DNA of 64,000 bases, from the NCBI GenBank assembly GCA_013239625.1, contig MU054098.1, forward strand, positions 186,001 to 250,000. The letters run 5' to 3'. Position numbers and translations under genes: made by a program. Positions 50,783 to 64,000 of the stretch are shown here, piece after piece. Every line of letters starts with the position of its first letter. Position 1 is the stretch's first letter. This stretch comes from Lama guanicoe (lineage: Eukaryota). The notes under the pieces were generated by a model. It saw only the letters and a list, made by a program, of their open reading frames with translations. It was not told the DNA's origin and did no database searches.

Positions 50783-51497
50783 TATGGCAGGCAAAATTTT
50801 AAAGATGTTTCCGCAAGATTTCCATCCACTGGTTATTTAACCAAACACTAATCTCGGTACAGCTGTGTAGGGATTTTGCAGATGTAACTGAGTTGCTAAT
50901 CAGCTGACCATAAAATAGGGAGGTCTGGAAAAACTTTGGGAGGGCATGGCTATGTTTGTGGCCTTCATGGTGGTTATGGTTTCACAGGTGTAATATACTT
51001 ATCCCCAAACTCATCAAGTTGTATACATAAACTATGTACAGCTTTCATACGTCAATCATACCTCAGTAAAGTGGTTAGAACAAAAGAAAGCAGAGGAGAA
51101 ATGACACAGAGGGGACAGCAGAGAGATGGCAGTGTGAGAAGGGCTCCGCCCACTCTTGCTGCCTTCAAAGATGGAGGAAGGGCAGCCTCTAGAAGCTGAG
51201 AACATCCTTCAGCTGACAGCCAGCAAAGAAATTAAGACCTCAGTCTACAATCTGAAAGAATGGAATTCCACCAATATCTTGAATGAGCTTGGAAGCAGAT
51301 TCATCTTCACAGCCTCCAGAAATGATGCAGCCCAGCTGACACCTTGATTTCAGCCTTAGGAGACTCTTAAGCAGAGAACCAGGAATGCCAACTGTCCTAG
51401 ACTTGCAACCTACAGACCTGTGAGCTAATACATTGTGATGTTTTAAGCCACTGAATTTGTGATAATTTTTTTACAACAGCATTAGAAAGCTAATACA
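50783..51497 (+). mobile_element. MLT1 solo LTR inserted in a MIR, carrying a nested L1M 3' piece (about 50925-51080)
   Basis: Starts tatggcaggc, ends gctaataca. 5-bp TSD tcacc / tcact. The MIR resumes at 51503. Confidence 0.8.
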
Positions 51498-54400
51498 TCA
51501 CTTTCCCCAGCTGAATTTCAGTTTCCTCATTTGTAAATGGAGACAATACAGATTCAAGAGGTTCTTGTGAGGATTAGATAGAATGTATCTAAAGTGACTT
51601 TAGCTCAGCACCCGATACATAGTAAACTGTCGATAAGTGGTAGATAGTGTTGCTTCCTACTGGCTCGGCTACCACCTTGGCTGATGACTCCTAAACTGGT
51701 ATCTCCAGCCCAGCTCTTTCATTTCAAGTCTATTTCTCAGGGCCCGAAAGGAATGTTGAGTCAGAGAGACTGTAGATCAGAGTGCTGGCAAGAGAAAAGT
51801 TACTTGGATCTTGGGTTTGACAGTATACTGAGCCTGTTGCACTATGCAATATATCCACAAGAAAAATGTTTGGAAGGGTTAACTCAGACATTCATAGTGA
51901 TTATTCCTGGGAGGTAGGGCTTTTTTTTTTCTTTCTCATTTTTTTTTTTGCCATTTCAGATTTTCCGTAGAAACAAGTATTGTTTTCTAATAATAAAACA
52001 ATAATCTTTTTCTTGAATTTAAAAAAATACCATATATAGACCAAGAACTACCCCGTCCAGGATGAATAAATGGACAATTCATGGTCTCAGGACTTCTCAT
52101 TGTGTTCTGGGGCAGCTAGGAATATTCTTGTTACACATTTAAGCTTCCCTGCAATTGAAACCAGGAATCATTTTTGGATGAGCAAAGGTGATAATAAGAA
52201 TTTTATTAAATTAGTGAAGGGTGATGCCATGTAGTCAACTGTTCCCCACTGGGCCAGCTGCTAGGTAATGAATGAATTTCCAGGAGAAGAAAGCCACTCC
52301 TGGTGAGCCTCAGAACCCTGAGATTTATCCAGACCTTCTTTTCTTTTCTTGGGAGCTTTGTTCTCTCTGAACTCTTCACATGTAGCTGTTGAAGCTGTCC
52401 CCTTATCTGTCATGAGGCCCTGAAATACTACAAAGCTACTGCTTTTAAGTCCCCTGGACCATAAGGTCAGTCTTGAGAATTCAGAAGTGCAACAAAGTCA
52501 GGGCCCAGTAAATTCCTGATTCCAAGCATGGTTTCCCTTGCCAGAGCCCTCCCTGACAAATCGAGCTTAGGGTCCTGACCCACTGTACCTCTAGAACTCA
52601 AGAAGCCAACTTAGGTCTTCTCCCTTGGCCAGGGGAAGCCTGGTGTGTTGCCTTCTGAAAACTTACAGGAACAACCTCATTGTCTATCTCAGAAGCCCAA
52701 GAGATGCTTTGAACTGAAGCAAAAGCCTTCTTAGCTGGTTCCCACTAAGAACCCTCCAAGACTGAGCAAGACAGAAATGTTTCCTGCCTCATTGTGTTTA
52801 TGGTCTTGCAAAAGAGATTGTCATGAAATAAATGTGCCTAAGTAATGAATTATGCTGTTATTCACAATCTCCTCTGATGCTTCATGAAAGCAGGGTCCAT
52901 GTCCATTGAGTTCACTCTTATACCCCAGTGCCCAGCATAGTGCATGGCTCAGAGTAAATAGTCAATAAATGTTTGCTAAAAGAATGAATGTATGGATTAA
53001 TAAAATAATTGTACAAATACTTATTCACTTACAATTTTCATAGGTGCTTTGAATGAAACTTCGGGGTGCAATGAGAACATGTAAGGAGGGCTATAACCTG
53101 TTTTTGAGTGGGGAAGCAGTCATGGGAAACTGCCTTAAAAGTGAACACTGGCCTCAGTGAAGGGAAGATATTTCAGTTCATATACTCCCTTGATTCTTGG
53201 AGCTAATGGAGGAGAGAGCTCACACAGCAGGATGGTAACTGCCTAGGAGTAAATATGGTACCTGAGGAGGTTAAAAGCAGCATCCTAAATGTAATTATCA
53301 CACCACGTATTACTCAGTGATGCGCTGGGGCTCTTGAGGACTAACCAGCTTTTGCTCCTCTCCGTAGTTAACCATAGTGTGCTAAGCTTGGACCGTATGT
53401 ATTTGGACATTTTTCATGCCTGGATGTATCCTTCCTAATCTGCCTTTTTACTTTTCACACAATTATCTAGCCATGGAGGGCTTAACGTGACACACTTTTT
53501 ACTACCAAGAGAAATTGTAAGCCTTTCTGTATATGGCTGTGTGCAAGATGGCTGGATGAATGGGATGTTACTGTATGTTGTTTTACCCTACATTGTGTTG
53601 ATGTGTTTTTCCACTCTTTCATCCCTGGAAACAACCTTGAATTCTACTGAGTATTATGAGTTCTTCATCGTTGCTCAAGTCAATCCCAGTTCTCACTTTT
53701 AATCTGAGGGAATTCAGACACTAGGAAGATTAGCATCAAAGGAAATATATTGTAACTAAAGTACAACCAGACATCCTGAATGTGTAATACAGTTCGATCC
53801 TCAGGTGATTATGAAGAGATAGAGACATAAACATTTTTTATCCATTTTCAAGTTCACAAAATCCACTCTATTTTGTTTGCTGAGAAAGAATATTTCAAAG
53901 GCATTTTGGCCCCTTTCACTCTCATTCATTCAGGGGAACTTGCAGTCAGCACCTTCAGCCTCTCCTAACATTAGAAAAAGATTTTTGTATCTCTTTGCTT
54001 GGGTATATGAGTATGGGAGATAGAGAAGATCATAAGAAATAGAGGAGGAACAAATTAAGAAATAAGCACTTTCAATTCACCTCTAAATGCCTAAGAGAAC
54101 TCAGAACGATATATTTTCAAGAATGATCATTTCATTCTAAAATGAATCAACTAGCTTATAGCTAAGGCACAAATACTGTGTAGAGTCAAACCTAACTTTA
54201 CATAATAGATTTTATTTTCTGAAAAGAGGAAGGAAATTTAATTTGCCAGTTAAACTATTTCAATTGTGTCAATATTGCCTATCATTTAAAGGACGAGCTC
54301 TTGGGGGGCTGGGGACATAAGTGGTTCAGGCAAATAGCTGACTGGCTGAACTACGTATATATAACTTTCAGCTCTAACAGTCTCTCATTTTAATCTTGAA

Positions 54401-57359
54401 TATTAAATATGGGCTTTGCCAGGATAAACCTGAGATGCCTGAGTGTCAAACAGGGGCCTTTGAAAGGAAGGTGGTGTGTGGTCCCTTAGGTTTGGAGACA
54501 AAAGGTCCTGGCAAGGAGACAGTGGGCACGATGCCTGTACGTGCGTTTCTGTGCTTTGCACATTGGGAATTGCTCATATTTCCCAGAGAGGAACAGACCT
54601 CTATTAGCCAGACTCCCACTGAAGTCCAGCGTAAGTATATCTCTTTTCTTCAATATGTAGAGATTTCTTTTTTCCTCAGAGAACAAAGTGTGCACGCAGC
54701 CTCATGGTAGGAGAGAAAGCTTATACCCACTTTCTTGCCTGAACAATTACTAAGTACCATATTCACCTGAACAGTTCTAACCAGTAAAAGCATGCCAAAT
54801 TAGCCTTTCTTTCTCTAGAATCCCACACCGGTAATTTTGTTTTCATTTAACCTGCTTTTGATGTTTTACAAAACATGAAAGGTCAGGATTAGTAGGACTT
54901 CAGAGTAAAGGGCAATGGCATGAAAAGATTTTCATTTCTCCTTTATGTAAGGCTACCATGCTCACCTAGGAGAGGCTTTTTACATTCTTTAATTTTTTTG
55001 TGTCCTGCTTTCTGAATTTGCACCATTTTTTTTTATTGTTAAAGCCAATCCAAGTTGAAATTGGATTCTCCCAGGGAATTAACTGTGGCTCTTTGTTTGA
55101 CTTTATAGAATTCTAATTCCAGACTAAAGGGCATTTATCAGTAAAATGGAAGTTAAATTTTTTTTTTGCTATATACCAATTTTAAGTAACTTTTCTTCCT
55201 CTCCTCTTTCTCTGATTTTAAATAACTTTCCATCTTCTCTGCTTGCTCTTGCTTAGGTTTACTGATTATTATACCTTTGTGTAGCATGTTTGCTTTATTG
55301 GATTCTTGGCCCTGCCTGTCTCCACCCCAATCACCCCCCTCCCCCCACCCTCCCCTCCATCTCTGTTTTCCCTTCTTTTAACCCCAAAAGGCAACCTGGC
55401 TAAGAAATTGAGTTCCAAGACTAAGGGCACCAATGCATGGACGTGAACTGCTGAACCTTTGCCTTGTTCACTCTTGATTTATGTGTTTAAAAAAAAAATC
55501 TCTGGATTTTAAAAAAAAGCAAATCTGGAAATGCAGTTGAGGATAGGCTTTGGCACCAGCACACTCTTCTAAGGCGGCGTTTGCGATGACTTCATCCCTT
55601 TAAAATGTGGCTCTTATGATAGCACTCACACATGCCTTAGGTCGCCTGAAGGAACCATCCTCTGATATTCAATAAACAATACAAGCTTTCTCCATCCTCT
55701 CGTCTCCAGACACTTCTTGGTCAACACAGTGTTTACGAAAACGGGTTTCAAGAAGAAGGGCTGAGTAGCTGGATTGTTGGGAGGAAAAAGACAATTAGAG
55801 TGTGTGTGTGGTTCTTTTTTTAAAAATTTTATTTTAGGAACATGCATTAGCAAACGAGACAGCTGCATGGAGGCACATACAGCCGTCCCTTTAACTCTAC
55901 AGCACTATCAGGGTGTACGAAGGTTAATTTGCCGGTTGTTGTAAAGCCCGCCAAGCAATTCTGAGTGTCTGCTTGGATAACTTACTTTCCCATGTACTTC
56001 TGGTTTTCTAAGTGCCATTTAGGCAATTCTGCAAACAGTATGAAAAGAGAAAACAAAGAATAAACAAATTAAAATGCAGCAATAATTTTGCGCGAATCTT
56101 ATTAAGTCAGCCACAAAGTAATGCATTTTGTGTGAGTCAGTTTCTGCATATGCTATTACGAAGCGCAAGATCTATGGTAGTTACGACTGTCTAACAAGGT
56201 AGAAACAGTGAAATAATATGAAACTATGACAACTAATAAATGCATGTGAAAATGTTTATTTTCCAGATCTTAAAAAGTCCTTGCTGTATGGAGATGAGTT
56301 TTAAATAATGATTCTGATTCTCAAGGGAAAGGCAGAGGACACTGATGTATATTGAGTTACTGCTACGTGCCAAATTCCGGACTAGGTGCTTTGCATATTT
56401 AAACTCATCAGAGACACGCAGCAAGTCTGTGAGTTAGGTACGATTAGCCTCATTTTAAAGAGAAGTAGGCTAAGGGACAGAGAAGGCAAGTATCTTGACC
56501 AGGATCACACAGCTAGGAAGCAGCAGAGTTGGGATTGTAACTGATACCTGTCTGTATATACTTTATCCTTTATATGTTTTGACAACATAGCTCCTGTGTC
56601 ATTACATAACATTTCATTACATCATTACTTTCATCTATCAAAGTTCCAAAACAAGTACAAAGTAAAAGGTTATATACATTACGGCTCATGTTCGTGAACT
56701 AGCTAATGTCATCACAGCCAACAAAGTGTGTCCCAATTGATACTTCTGCTCTTAACCTTACTGATTGATTTAATGGCTTTTGTCTTCACTAAGGACTTTT
56801 TAGAATATCAAAAATGCCCCCACCCACCTATAACCAGTCAGTAATCTTGAGAATGAAAGAGTAATATTTCTCATGGGCCCCGGGTTTTTGATATGTGATT
56901 TTGCATATACATGCCAACTCAAATTATTGCTGCAAAGTGATTCTTTACTCCTCTTTCATACTTCATAAGCTGTGCTGTCTGACTGGCATACAAAAGACCA
57001 GAGGCGTATAGGAACTATTCTGGTTCCTTCCCTTATCAGCTGTGTGACTTAAATTACTTAACATTATTAGTCTCAGTTTCCTCATCTATAAAATGGGTAT
57101 AATATTAGTACCTACTTCATAACTTTTAACAATTAATGGGGTAAGGAAGGCAAAGCCATTAACACAGTGGTTGGTAGATAACACACTCTGGTGATGAGCT
57201 ATTAGTATTTATGTAGCTTCAGCTACTAAAAAGCAATGGGCACAGTTGTTAGAAACCTGGACTTTGGATTCAGACTATACCAGTTTGAGGTCTAGCTTCA
57301 CCACTGGATATCTGTGGGACTTTGGTCGTGTTATTTAACATCTCTAACAGTCAATTTCT

Positions 57360-57411
57360 CACAACGCTGTAAACTGACTATACTTCAGTAAAAATATATA
57401 TTTAAAAAAAG
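57360..57411 (+). mobile_element. 52-bp extreme 5'-truncated L1 inserted in a MIR
   Basis: L1 terminus (gtaaactgactatacttcag) and A tail. TSD agtcaatttct (57349-57359 / 57412-57422). Confidence 0.85.
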
Positions 57412-58594
57412 AGTCAATTTCTTAAGTGCAAAGTAGAACAGAAGCTTTTCCTTTTGAGCTATTGAGAGCATCAAATGAGATAATGCATAGAAAGTATCCA
57501 GCATGTAGTTGATGTTCAGTTAGTGTTATTTCCCCCTCTTCTCTCCAAATGTACAACCAATCACATTTACAAACTCGTTAAAGATTATTGCTGTGCTAAC
57601 CTTCAGTAAGGATAACGACCATATATTGAATTTTTAAAAATTAGATATAGGAAATTCTACCACTGACATAGTACACTAATGCTTTGATGTATACTAATTT
57701 CCCATGAAGATCAAAGAACACCACCAAGATCTTTAAGACCAAAGGAAGATAATAAAATTGCTAGGGATATTTCATAATGATTAAAAAATTATAAACATGA
57801 TCTCCATCAGTACAGAATTATTCAATGTGGATAGAACAACATAAAAAGGTTCCTGGATCTTAAGCCTGTCTTTTTTTTACCATGTCACCACATAACTTTG
57901 AGTGATCCTCTTAAACTCTGTCTCAGATATTTTTGTCACCAAATTAGGAAAATAAAATATGTCTAGCCTACTTCACAGGGTTGTTGCGAAGCAACAATGT
58001 GGGAGAGCCTTTGGGCCCTTTAGTCCACGTAATTCTGGTTATTTATTTATGTGACATCCTTACTTCCTTTTGCTGTTTACTCACAGCACAGCAACCCAGC
58101 TTTTAAAAATTTACTACTCAAAGGAAGATGGGCTTAATAGAAAAACTTATCCTTGAGATATTTTAAGACTAAAACTTCACTCTACTTGATGGATTTATAG
58201 ATTTTGACTAGCCAGGCAGAGAATTTTAATGAAAGATCCTTATTCTTTGGATCAGAGTAGGGTTTTAATTCCTCTCAAACCAGCTGTCTGGGACCATAGG
58301 CTATTATTTTTCCCTGTAAACATATCACCTGCTCCAAATGCACCAGGAGGGTAACCAAAGCTCAGGCAAGAATTTCTCCTGCTCTTGGCTGAAACCAAAA
58401 CATCCTTTGTGTGAAGGAATAGAAGCAATAAATATTTCTACTTTAGCTCAAATGTGGGCTTATAAACTGAGAAGGATCTCAAGGAATCAAGAGAAAAGAT
58501 GATGAAACATATCCCTGACTAGCCAGGCAGCTGGGGACAAATCTAGCAGAGACCTGTTTTCTATGGTAAGTGTCTTCTTTTAAGAACAATAGGG

Positions 58595-58800
58595 TAGAAT
58601 GGCCTGGTGGTAAAGATTTACTCCTGGGTTCCAGTATTAGTTCTGCCACTTGATAGGTATATGACCTTGGGCAAACCACTCCAACCTTTCTAAAGCCCCA
58701 GTTTCCTCATCTGTAAAATGGAGGATAATATCAGACTCAAAGGAGTGATCTGATGATTCTATAATCCACGTGGATAACTTAGCCCCATATCAGGATTCAG
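58595..58800 (+). mobile_element. MIR
   Basis: gaccttgggcaaaccac...cagtttcctcatctgtaaaatggaggataat. Confidence 0.8.
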
Positions 58801-59039
58801 AAAAATCTTAACTGATTTTAACTGCTCTGACTTTTCATTATTTTCACTATTATTATATAATTAGGAGGTTCTCAGTTTTGAGATTGGGTTTGTACCTGGT
58901 TAATTCTCACAGAAAGAAAGAAAGGAATTATTAAATATGCCTTTTTCCTACCTCATGCCTCTTAGCACCCGCATCTCTTTAGAGTCCTTTTGGAGGTGTT
59001 CTATCTCTGACCCTCACAAATCACCCTTTTTATTTCCCC

Positions 59040-59166
59040 AAATATTACTTATCTGGGGCATGAAGTAATTCACCATGCCTAGGCACTGCCTGGAGTCAAC
59101 TAGTAAGGGGTTGCATTAGACGACCTCTCAGCTTCCTTCCATCCCTGAGAATCTATGATTCTATGA
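59040..59166 (+). mobile_element. L3/CR1 3' end
   Basis: gacgacctctcagcttccttccatccctgagaatctatgattctatga, with the CR1 (ATTCTATG)n-type terminus. Confidence 0.6.
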
Positions 59167-60589
59167 GTCAGTGTTCAGGAAAAAAACGAAGGGCTGTTTA
59201 GTGATGAGTGACAGTTCTGTCCTAAAAGAACAAAGAACGTACTGACTGCGCCAGAAGCCATGTTGAAGATCACAGGATCATGAATTATAACTCTGCTACC
59301 CTCTGGCAGGACAGGAAAGGAATCTCATAGACAAATTGCACTGGGAGAGGTTGTGGATTAAAGGCTCCAATATTCATGACTTCCAACCAGCCAGCCAGCA
59401 CATAAGACCATCACAAGTGCCAAAGGCCGCCCCTGTCCTTGCGGAAAAAATAATGGAATTATACCCAAAGAGAAGCAGGAGAATGAAATACTGGCCAAGA
59501 CAGTGTTTCTGAATCTTTCTCCTTTTCTGGCTACAACCATGATAAAGAGCTCAAAAGACAATAGAAGCCATCATCTGTAAACTTGTGGCTTTGAAGAAAA
59601 AAACCATAATGATGGAATTTAAATGCTACCCTGTCTTATTCCATTTACCATCAACTGGGGGTTGCCCAGCAGGAGAAATGAGATCATTTCCCCCTGAGTG
59701 GCTAGCCAAGCTTGCCCACATTCATTCTTCTTCCCACATCATGTTTTAGCAGGCATCAACACGTCAGCAGCTTCTGAAATGTGCCAGATCTAGGGAAGCA
59801 GGGCATTGTCACTACCGCACTAAAGAACTTCCCACCTCTGCAGTGGACTCACACCAGGCACATTTCCTCTTGTTTGCTTGTCAAACGGTGGGAGGAGGTT
59901 AAAGAGGCCCCTCTGGTTTACTGCCGGACACACTGCTTAGCTAACCTTTGGGGACTGTAGCCCACCTCCCAGCCTTCCTGAGGCTATTTGAAACATGTCA
60001 TTTCTTCTTTACATTCTTTTAAAATACTTTTTTTCTTGATTTTCTTTCTTAGGTGGCTGTGAGCCTAGAGAGACTGGCGATCTTGCAATGACAGAGGAGG
60101 AAGTTGTCCAGCATTCAAAAAAATGCAAGCACCCTGGGACATGAAGTCATTTATCATTGTGATAGCAGAAAGGCTACTCTAAACTTTCCAGCTTCTCAGA
60201 TTTAATAAACAGTTGTCTTTAAAAAAAAGACAAGAATTTTTATTGCTTTTATATTACACAAGTTAATGCAGGACTACATTCTCATCATAAAAATCCACAC
60301 ACTGAATGATCTAGAGTTCAGTGTGAGTCTCCTGCTCTCACCGCTGCTTTCTGATCTTACTCTCCTCCCCAGACAGAACTGCCATTAACTGTTTTATATA
60401 TAACCCTCCAGACCTTTTTATACTTATCTACATATCTGTACATAAACTATATACAACAAATAGATAATTCTAGGTTTTCCATATAAGAAGTCTATTGAAT
60501 GCAACTGCAATCTTCCCCCAAAGTACCTTATCCAGCCCCACCAATGAACCATCCAGCTGAGTTCAGGAGAAAGTGAAAGAGTGATTGTA

Positions 60590-60622
60590 CAGTTGACCCT
60601 TGAACAACATGGGTTTGAACTT
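60590..60622. mobile_element. Tigger2-like terminal fragment
   Basis: ta|cagttgacccttgaacaacatgggtttgaact. Confidence 0.55.
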
Positions 60623-61094
60623 CGAGACCCAGATATCTCTTGTCAATCACTCATCTCTATGTACTGGATTTTTTTTTTTGGCTTATTTGTCAACTCAAAG
60701 CCAAGTTCATCATCTTCCCACCCTCCAAATGCACCCCACCCCCAAACAAACAAACAAACAACAACAAACTTGTCTCCTCTCAACAGGTAGGTTTGTAAAC
60801 TTAGGGTTATCAATGAGATTTCTTTTATTTATCCCCCTACCCATGCCTGGCCAGTCCCCAAGCCTGACAATTTCCCCATGAAAGGTTTCTTTTATCTGTA
60901 CTGCTTCTCCATCCTGACTGCCATTGCTCTTGTCCTGGTGTATATGACCTGGATCACTGCCACATCCTCTTCCTCGGTCTCCCTCTCTCCATTCTCACTT
61001 TCCTTATGTTGTTCTCCAGCTCAAAAATCTTGATTCATCCTCTTTCTCGTCACATTTAATCTGTCATGAAGAAGATGTCAGCTTATTCTGTTAT

Positions 61095-61305
61095 TGTCAA
61101 TAGCAGAAATAGGGCCAGTGGGCAAAAGTTATAGGAAGGTTTATTTCAGCTGATCAAAGAAAATCCTTCCAAATAATAAGAGTTGTTGTACAATGAAGTA
61201 GCTTGCTTGAGTACTGAGCTTCCTGCTCCTGGGGAGATGTATAATCAGGAGCTGGGAACGACCTGTCAAAGATGTTGTAAAAAGGATTCCTGCATTAAGA
61301 TGTAG
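61095..61305 (+). mobile_element. L3/CR1-like fragment
   Basis: aaaagttataggaaggtttatttcagct...taataagagttgttgtacaatgaa...gagcttcctgctcctgggg. Confidence 0.5.
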
Positions 61306-61464
61306 GAAAACACTGCTGACAGTAAAGATGATGATGGCTGATTGCTTTTGAACATTGGCTCCACTCCAGACACTCTTGTTTTCATATGTTAACTCATTTA
61401 TTCTCCTAACTATTCTGTGGTTGACAACATTTTTATCCCCGTCTTACAATTGGTTAAATGCATA

Positions 61465-61680
61465 GACTCTATAGTAAGACTATGGTTCACATCTTGGCTC
61501 TGGCACTTACTGAATGAATGATTTTGCACAAGATGCATAACTTCTTTTGACGTCAGTCTCCTCATGACGTCAATCTCCCTCCTACAATGGAGGGAATAAC
61601 ATCACTGAGATGTTGTAGGGATTATGTTGTAAGATAAGATACGAGAAGCACTATTTGGCACGTAGTAAATAGTCAGTGGT
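61465..61680 (+). mobile_element. MIR carrying a duplicated TGACGTCA
   Basis: ggctctggcacttactg...cagtctcctca...ggcacgtagtaaatagtcagt. Confidence 0.65.
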
Positions 61681-64000
61681 CACTTTTTCTTGTCTCTATT
61701 AGGTGCTACCCTTTTTGTGGAAAGTGACTACATTTCTTCTATACCCCACATCTCAACTAGGTGAAACTGGCCATATAGTACGTCTTCATTCAACGATGTG
61801 GTCAATGATGTTGTAGTGACTACTTCCCAAAGCTTCTCCATGACAACACCTTGCTTCATCACTAACAGCGTACTCCTACTGACCATCTTTTTCAGTCAAC
61901 CCAAGGTCAGCCTGCTCCCTCTTGCCCTTCTGTGAACTCCACTTTCATTGGTTTCTCTGGAACACTAAGTAGCTGATCATGTTGAACTGGTGCCTATTTC
62001 TCTACCTGCTGTTTTCAAGGTACAGAGGTTTTTGTGCTTCCTTTCTCTAACTCCAGTTAGTAATGAAAGTATCTTCCCTGGCAAACTTACCAGGTTGTGA
62101 ACCAGACTTCCATTATACAGACACCCCACCATACTACATGCCACCCTTCCACACTGAACCTCATAAGTTCTGGTCCCAAAGCATTTCCTTAGTACAGCTC
62201 AGTGTTTGCTTTGTTTGAGAGAGTTGCACAAAATAACCCGACAAAGAGGTAACTGTCTGTCGGGAAGCTCTTTTTTTTTTTAGAGCCCTTTGATATCATT
62301 ATCATTTTGGTTTATAAGCTTTACATGAAAGAGGTGGGGAGGGGGAGACTTTCCTTTTCAGCACGAATAAATTGGTAGCTGTCCTACAGAGCCCGCTTCT
62401 GAAGCCAGGTGCCGCCACTTAGCTTAATGTTTCATGATGTGTCACCCGGCAAATTATGAGTTGTTTGAATTGATTTCCTCCAAACAGCTGAGCTACAGCT
62501 TTTGTTCTATTGACGTTCGTCTCAATTCCTGAATGTGTGTTGCTTCCAGACAGAAAAAAAATCCCATGTCTTATAAAGAAATGTCATTAACTCACAGAGC
62601 CTGGTCTATAATTAGAAGGTTTGAGGGTATGCTTTTTTCATCCAGTGGAGCTACTCTGGGTTTAAACTCTTTCGCCGGTTCTTAACTCTTTTCTATCTCC
62701 TTTGACTGTAATAGGCCATACTATTACCCTCATATCTGTAAAACCAGGTTATATTGAGTTTCAAAAATAAGGATTTATTTTTATATTTAATCATACAAAT
62801 ATTGACCAAGTACTTAGGCTACGTCTCAGTTAAACCCTTGAGGAAAGAGAAGCAGCATGGCTATTGACCCAGCTCTCAGTGAGTTTCTGATCTTCCTGGA
62901 GATTCAAGATAAACATTTATAAAATAATTATGGAGACCATCCTCGGTCTCTAAGTGACTATAATTAAATTGAATTACATCGAATGATTACATTGGATAGA
63001 ATCAAATGCCTCCTAAATAACGTTGGCCTCTAGAGGTTGCACACTGCTAGTGAAGGGAGTGACTGGAGTGAAGCGGGCCCCTTCCCTTCCATAAGAGCAC
63101 AGGGGCTGCTCTGAGTGAGCTGGACCATCTGTCTGTCTCTCTTACAGTGCATGTTGTACAGTTCAGTTGCATGTGGCTAGGTAAGTGGAACCACAAGGCA
63201 TTCTCATCTAGGAATTGTACACCAACCTTACTTGTCCTGCCCCCCCATACACATACACACACCCACTTAGGTGCTGAAGCTTATGAGTATGCATTTTTCT
63301 TCTATTATTTCATCAGTGTACTTGACCTTTCCTCAACTGGAGTGTTAAGATTTAGAATGGGTTTTAGGATAGAAAAAGAAGTAAAATGGCCTTTGCCCCA
63401 CTCCCCTTTTTTTGGTTGCTTTTTTTTTTCATAGAATGGCAAGCTTTATTTCAAAGGAATCTCAAAAGTAACAGTTATTGACACCACAACTACAAACCAG
63501 TAGAAAAGAATAAACTCTTATGCATACATATTCGATAAGGTATCAACAGGGGTCACATCAATTCCTGTTATTCCTCCCAGTTCCTGTTCAGCTCTTTTTC
63601 TGTTTGAAGACGAAAAAGTAGATCTGAAATCGCTCATGTCTTTTAAACTCAAACGCATCAATTTCAAGAAAGGGGGCAAGTGTTGCAGGAGATCAGCTAC
63701 GTTATTGAAATAAATTTCTCCATTACTATGACATTAATAATAAACAGCTTTCTTGATTTTTTCCCCACATTTTTAAACAGGTGACAGAAGTTTCCCATGC
63801 TGAATGTAATGAAGATGGTAAAAGCTCCATTACTTAGGAGACATACTTTTAATTATTAGTCACAATTGCCATGTAGAGGGATAGAGCCCCCATTTTCAAA
63901 AGCACTGGCTGGGTGGGCATCTGTAGGCCAAGAAAGTGAGAATCTGGGCAGCATATGCTGGTACTGGGCGTATGGGGCACCTGGGCTCTTGTTTTCTTAC

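Noticed and set aside
60030..60150. Plus-strand exon after a strong polypyrimidine acceptor (a similar acceptor lies near 11011)
   Set aside because: No convincing donor or recognisable peptide. Such acceptors are common by chance.
1..64000. CRISPR arrays, operons or other prokaryotic systems
   Set aside because: The sequence is clearly mammalian, with no regularly spaced repeat-spacer array or dense ORFs.

Overview
Mammalian genomic DNA, most likely from a camelid: it has tRNA-derived Vic-1-like SINEs and cetartiodactyl-type L1 3' ends, and I saw no Alu, BovB/Bov-tA or PRE-1. The window is AT-rich and dense in repeats (L1, L2, MIR, L3/CR1, MLT1/LTR16, MER5/20/58, and a Cheshire-like hAT). 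I found no intact protein-coding gene; the ORF track is TE-derived or chance. The main hidden signal is on the minus strand at about 480-10915. It is a series of decayed, intron-separated segments that resemble, in the expected order, the domains of a soluble guanylate cyclase (H-NOX, PAS/HNOBA, coiled coil, cyclase), apparently with two tandem H-NOX domains. I read this as a candidate unitary pseudogene of an atypical sGC. The call rests on manual translation compared with sGC sequences recalled from memory and needs HMM/tblastn confirmation. Other points: a twin-primed (5'-inverted) L1, a possible L1 3' transduction, nested TE insertions with target-site duplications (TSDs), and a few CpG-retaining candidate regulatory elements.
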